DNA from: Leidyana gryllorum EB-2025a
Lineage: Eukaryota; Protista; Apicomplexa
Direction of reading: 5' to 3'
Assembly (NCBI GenBank): GCA_048772705.1
Contig: JBLWGC010000131.1
Span: forward strand, 1-7,980
Length of the DNA: 7,980 bases
Both the position numbers and the translations under genes were made by a program. Below, in pieces: positions 4,839-7,980 of this stretch (position 1 is the first letter of the stretch; every line of letters starts with the position of its first letter). The notes beneath the pieces are model-generated. The model searched no databases and was not told the origin of the DNA. It saw only the letters and a program-made list of their open reading frames with translations.

Positions 4839-4911
4839 GGGCGGCTAGCTCAGATGGTAGAGCGCTCGCTTCGCATGCGAGAGGTACTGGGATCGATACC
4901 CAGGTCGTCCA
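4839..4911 (+). tRNA. tRNA-Ala(CGC)
   Basis: Identical to 1447-1519. Confidence 0.96.
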
Positions 4912-5032
4912 AAGTACGTACGGGTGCACGTGGCGGGATCCAAACAAACTTAGCGCTGCTCTCGCAATGGCCATTGTGGTCTGCGACCCTTCAAAGATGG
5001 TGAGATCCCGGCACGTTCACCCTTACATTCTT

Positions 5033-5106
5033 TGGACGACCTGGGCATCGATCCCAGTACCTCCCGCACGCTAAGCGAAGCGAGCTACCATTTGAGCTAG
5101 TCGCCC
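5033..5106 (-). pseudogene. tRNA-Ala(AGC), degenerate
   Basis: GGGCGACTAGCTCAAATGGTAG...TTAGC...GATCGATGCCCAGGTCGTCCA; 3' D-stem strand disrupted, with a 1-nt insertion. Confidence 0.85.
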
Positions 5107-5222
5107 ATTTAGCAAACCCCAGTACATCCATTTCTTTTTTACATGGTATGACCAATCTCCCAACTGCATCGATCACTTTCACCTGTTTGTGCTCCACTTT
5201 GCACAAACGAAGGCACACAGGA

Positions 5223-5295
5223 AACGGCTAGAGGGACTCGAACCTTCAACCTTTGCCGTAGGAGGGCAACGCGCTATCCATTGCGCCACAACCGC
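5223..5295 (-). tRNA. tRNA-Arg(CCT)
   Basis: Paralogue of 1259-1331 with 3 substitutions (one A-C in the T-stem). Confidence 0.88.
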
Positions 5296-5393
5296 ATTCG
5301 GGACGCATCCGACTTTTGAGTGGGACAGAACCGGCTGCCCAAGGTGTCTCCTCTTTCACCCAACCGGTATCGAGATGACCGAAGCCTATCCAT

Positions 5394-5466
5394 GGTGCGG
5401 TGGCCTGATGGATAGGGCATCGGTCTTCGGAACCGGGAGTTGTGGGTTCGAGTGCCATCCGCATCA
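5394..5466 (+). tRNA. tRNA-Arg(TCG), degenerate
   Basis: Paralogue of 1086-1158; A14 to G and C61 to G (B-box lesion). Confidence 0.82.
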
Positions 5467-5672
5467 TAGCCTCTCACTCGGAAGACGTTCCCTTTCGACC
5501 GAGGCAAGCTTGCTAGCTGTATGGGAGCCGCTGCCCCGCATGTCGAGTTGAAGTGCTAGTGGTATCAGTTTCCTTCGTCTGTGAAAGTGCTCGATTCGAT
5601 CCCCGTAGGTTGCAGACAGCTGGAAGTAGAAATTGCCCCAGTCTCTCGGGGTGCTGCAGATCTTTCGCAATT

Positions 5673-5743
5673 GCACTTGTGGTCTAAGGGTAAGATGCGA
5701 CCCTTCCAAGGTCGTAACCCGAGTTCGAGTCCCGGCAGGTGCA
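5673..5743 (+). tRNA. tRNA-Gly(TCC)
   Basis: GCACTTG/CAGGTGC-A; CGACC-CTTCCAA-GGTCG; T-stem with one A-C. Confidence 0.9.
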
Positions 5744-5805
5744 GCTGTATGTAGGTCGAACGACCTGTATATCAGTGAAGTGAGGTGCCAATACAATACA
5801 ACGGC

Positions 5806-5885
5806 TGACAAGAGTGGGATTCGAACCCACGTCTTTTCGGACTGCGGCCTGAACACAGCGCCTTAGACCACTCGGCCATCTTGCC
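5806..5885 (-). tRNA. tRNA-Leu(CAG)
   Basis: GGCAAGA/TCTTGTC-A; CTGTG-TTCAGGC-CGCAG; long variable arm; GTGGG-TTCGAAT-CCCAC. Confidence 0.92.
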
Positions 5886-5954
5886 GGATCGTTCGCCACT
5901 TTACAGGTTTTCTGTCCGTGAAGTTCTCGAGAAGGAAGACTTTTAGGGTTAAAG

Positions 5955-5990
5955 ACGCGGAAGACGCGGGTTCGATGCCCTGTTTTGGAG
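5955..5990 (+). pseudogene. tRNA-Asp-type 3' half
   Basis: ACGCGGAAGACGCGGGTTCGATGCCCTGTTTTGGAG aligns to the 3' half of 601-672, in the syntenic position between Leu and Val. Confidence 0.78.
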
Positions 5991-6037
5991 AGAGCCTGTT
6001 CCCTCGCTTTGGTGGGACTCACTTCAAAGATTCGAGC

Positions 6038-6110
6038 TACAGCCACCTGGGATCGAACTCGGGACCTTCTGCGTGTTAAGCAGACGTCGTAACCACTAGA
6101 CCATGACTGC
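6038..6110 (-). tRNA. tRNA-Val(AAC), T-stem damaged
   Basis: Paralogue of 475-547; T-stem CCGAG/CCAGG has two mismatches. Confidence 0.83.
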
Positions 6111-6170
6111 ACGAAAGCTTTGCGGAAACCAAGAGAAGTTGCGAAGTTTCAAGAAGTAGAACTAGTTGCG

Positions 6171-6236
6171 AGGTCGCGCCGGGAATCGAACCCAGCTCGG
6201 GAGATCCAAAGCTTCCAGTGCTAACCATTCACGACC
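6171..6236 (-). pseudogene. tRNA-Gln (TTG loop) pseudogene with a 5' deletion
   Basis: TGGTTAGCACTGGAAGCTTTGGATCTCCCGAGCTGGGTTCGATTCCCGGCGCGACCT; 5' acceptor/D region shortened. Confidence 0.8.
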
Positions 6237-6438
6237 AAGAATTAAAAGAGTGTATGAAGCCATTGGAATTGGAAATGAATGCGTTCAGAGCTGGTACCCA
6301 CCCGATCGTTGGCGTGGCAGGCGGAAAAATAACTTTGATACCATGTCGGAGGCACGCCCCAACCTCAGAGCCCAGCTTTTCCATTCTCTAGCTTCAACAG
6401 ACAGGGAACGCTTGGAGTAGCGGGACAGGAACCGAGCT

Positions 6439-6518
6439 GATAAGATGGCTGAGGGGTCTAAGGCGGTGTATTCAAGTCGCAGTTCGAAAGGGCGTGGGTC
6501 CAAATCCCACTCTTGTCA
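6439..6518 (+). pseudogene. tRNA-Leu(CAA), degenerate
   Basis: Leu body GATAAGATGGCTGAG...CCCACTCTTGTCA; loop TT-CAA-GT; anticodon-stem mismatches; T-loop TCCAAAT. Confidence 0.8.
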
Positions 6519-6555
6519 GGTTGAGCCTCACACGCGAAAAACAAAAGAGTCTGAT

Positions 6556-6625
6556 TGAGCCCATAGTGATTCGAAAACCCAACCTTCTGATCTGGAGTCA
6601 GACGCGGTACGTTGGCCATAGGCCC
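6556..6625 (-). pseudogene. tRNA-Trp(CCA), degenerate
   Basis: GGGCCTA/TGGGCTC-A; perfect TCTGA-CTCCAGA-TCAGA; D-arm shortened, T-stem mismatched. Confidence 0.82.
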
Positions 6626-6680
6626 AAAACCATCCCCCGCTCCAGACTCATTACTTGGTGGTCAGGAATGGAGGTATCAC

Positions 6681-6751
6681 GCATCTGTGGTCTAGTGGTA
6701 GAATGTCTCGTTGCCATCGAGACGACCCGGGTTCGATTCCCGGAAGATGCA
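6681..6751 (+). tRNA. tRNA-Gly(GCC)
   Basis: TCTCG-TTGCCAT-CGAGA; CCGGG-TTCGATT-CCCGG; G7-A66 mismatch; T-run about 15 nt downstream. Confidence 0.92.
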
Positions 6752-6827
6752 GAGGACACATTGTTGTTTTTCCATCATTCCAGAAATTCATGCGTCAGTT
6801 GGTGTTTACCTCTCCAACCACATCGCA

Positions 6828-6909
6828 CGACAACTGCTGGATTTGAACCAGCGCGGGCCAGGCCCAGTAGATTTCTAGTCTACCCCCTTAACCACTCGGG
6901 CAAGTTGCC
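6828..6909 (-). tRNA. tRNA-Ser(AGA)
   Basis: GGCAACT/AGTTGTC-G; GTAGA-CTAGAAA-TCTAC; long variable arm; GCTGG-TTCAAAT-CCAGC. Confidence 0.96.
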
Positions 6910-6957
6910 GCTGTCGAACTTGGCATTTTGCAGCCAGTGGCTTCGCATACGGTTCAG

Positions 6958-7031
6958 CACTGCTCGCGCCCCCCCGAACCCGCGGTTCTCCCATCAAAAG
7001 TCTTGCGCTTCACCGACGGAGTTGGGGCGGC
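6958..7031 (-). pseudogene. tRNA-Lys(TTT)-like pseudogene
   Basis: Minus strand GCCGCCCCAACTCCGTCGGTGAAGCGCAAGACTTTTGAT...GCGGGTTCG...GAGCAGTG; paralogue of 3186-3279. Confidence 0.6.
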
Positions 7032-7049
7032 AAGGAAGCTCGCCCTGTA

Positions 7050-7074
7050 CCCGGCGAAGGCCCGGCGAAGGCCC
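7050..7074 (+). repeat. 11-bp tandem duplication (cccggcgaagg x2 + ccc)
   Basis: Exact direct repeat 7050-7060 / 7061-7071. Confidence 0.88.
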
Positions 7075-7212
7075 AAGATTCCACGATCAATACAAATGGA
7101 ATTGGTTACTAAGTCCGAATCTGTATCAGAGATCCACTCACTTGATCACGCCGACATACCATTTTTTCCAAGACGGTACGGCTCTCGGCCGAAGCCCCAA
7201 CTCAACCACTCG

Positions 7213-7285
7213 TCCACTGTAGTCTAAGTGGCTAGGATATGCGGCTCTCACCCGCACGGTCGGGGTTCAAGTCCCGGCAGTGGAA
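7213..7285 (+). tRNA. tRNA-Glu(CTC)
   Basis: TCCACTG/CAGTGGA-A; TGCGG-CTCTCAC-CCGCA; one G-G in the T-stem. Confidence 0.9.
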
Positions 7286-7361
7286 GTCATTGGACCATTC
7301 GAGCAAAGTGCTCCAGTAACCTCCGTCAATAGTGACTGACTCGTGATCTTTGGCTTGCATT

Positions 7362-7433
7362 GCCTTCTTAGCTTAGGGGCAGAGCATTCGCTTAGTAAGC
7401 GAAAGGTCGCCGGTTCGATTCCGGCAGAAGGCT
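7362..7433 (+). tRNA. tRNA-Thr(AGT)
   Basis: GCCTTCT/AGAAGGC-T; TTCGC-TTAGTAA-GCGAA; GCCGG-TTCGATT-CCGGC. Confidence 0.94.
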
Positions 7434-7482
7434 TTGGTCACGACCCAATCAATTCTATAGCTGTTTCCCTCCTGCGCACACT

Positions 7483-7554
7483 TAGCAGTGCGTCGTTTCG
7501 ATCGACGGACCTTTGGGTTATGAGCCCAACACTCTTCCACTGAGCTACACTGCT
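7483..7554 (-). tRNA. initiator tRNA-Met(CAT)
   Basis: AGCAGTG/CACTGCT-A (A1-U72); TTGGG-CTCATAA-CCCAA (three G-C pairs); T-loop ATCGAAA (A54, A60), all eukaryotic initiator hallmarks. Confidence 0.95.
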
Positions 7555-7687
7555 TAGTCTGCAACATGGAAGAGGGAGCAGGAATGCGATTCTTGAGATG
7601 TTAATTGCCTTGAGTGCCGAAGTGGTAACGAGGTGGCTGTGTTACTTCTAAAACTGCTTATCCCATCGGGTCAACCGACAACCAAGA

Positions 7688-7759
7688 GGGCTGTTCTGGG
7701 AATTGAACCCAGGACTCCGTCCACCCTAAGGAAGGATCATACCACTTGAACAAACAGCC
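7688..7759 (-). tRNA. tRNA-Pro(AGG), some stem mismatches
   Basis: GGCTGTT/AACAGCC-C; CTTCC-TTAGGGT-GGACG; CTGGG-TTCAATT-CCCAG. Confidence 0.87.
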
Positions 7760-7840
7760 GCCTGTTGGTCGTGCAACCCGCTGAGGACAGTTGAGACATA
7801 CTATGTTGAGAACCAACAAATGCGATGGGGTGTGCACAAG

Positions 7841-7881
7841 GGACAACTAGCTCGAATAGTAGAGCGCTCGCTTAGCATGCG
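7841..7881 (+). pseudogene. tRNA-Ala(AGC) 5' half
   Basis: GGACAACTAGCTCGAATAGTAGAGCGCTCGCTTAGCATGCG, truncated in the anticodon stem. Confidence 0.82.
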
Positions 7882-7936
7882 CACTACATGGAAGACCTAT
7901 TGGATGCAGTGGCTGACCGACTGCCCACACAACGGC

Positions 7937-7980
7937 TGACAAGAGTGGGATTCGAACCCACGCCCTTTCGGACTGCGGCC
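7937..7980 (-). tRNA. tRNA-Leu 3' half (CAG family), cut by window edge
   Basis: Minus strand GGCCGCAGTCCGAAAGGGCGTGGGTTCGAATCCCACTCTTGTCA; most of the anticodon lies outside the window. Confidence 0.88.

Noticed and set aside
5033-5106. A37-to-G in Ala as the footprint of a retrocopied, inosine-edited tRNA
   Set aside because: A34 is unchanged, there is no CCA, and the genomic upstream flank is retained, so DNA-level duplication explains it.
6494-7222. 242-aa ORF, the longest in the track
   Set aside because: It runs through Leu, Trp, Gly, Ser and Lys-like tRNA sequences, has no recognisable domain, and its peptide contains typical translated-tRNA strings.
246-7846. All other listed ORFs (60-164 aa)
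   Set aside because: They overlap tRNA genes on either strand. Similar peptides recur only because the tRNA blocks are duplicated, and frames are not preserved between copies.
1-7980. CRISPR array or Entamoeba-style STR tRNA array
   Set aside because: There is no constant repeat with unique spacers and no short tandem repeat blocks; the recurring words are tRNA A/B boxes and segmental duplicates.
1-7980. Bacterial, phage or organellar tRNA array
   Set aside because: Multiple A34 anticodons, a eukaryotic initiator tRNA, the Ala ATCG T-loop, His with A73 and no G-1, and no encoded CCA all point to a eukaryotic nuclear type.

Overview
This window is non-coding and contains a very dense cluster of eukaryotic-type nuclear tRNA genes. 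There are about 49 tRNA genes, pseudogenes and fragments in 8 kb, on both strands, covering 18 amino-acid families (no Phe, Tyr or elongator Met seen). Eukaryotic origin is supported by A34 anticodons (Ala AGC, Val AAC, Ile AAT, Ser AGA, Thr AGT, Pro AGG), an initiator tRNA-Met with A1-U72 and an ATCGAAA T-loop, the ATCG T-loop of tRNA-Ala, no encoded CCA, and no encoded G-1 on tRNA-His. The organism cannot be named from the sequence. The cluster is a mosaic of direct and mostly inverted segmental duplications, with breakpoints often inside tRNA genes and spacers partly made of decayed tRNAs. Several copies carry switched anticodons: Gly body with GTG, Asp-type body with CTC, Gln body with amber CTA, Leu GAG and Pro GGG. 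Differences between paralogues look rich in C<->G transversions, and most genes lack a nearby Pol III oligo-T terminator. None of the listed ORFs is credible. All calls are from manual folding and alignment.
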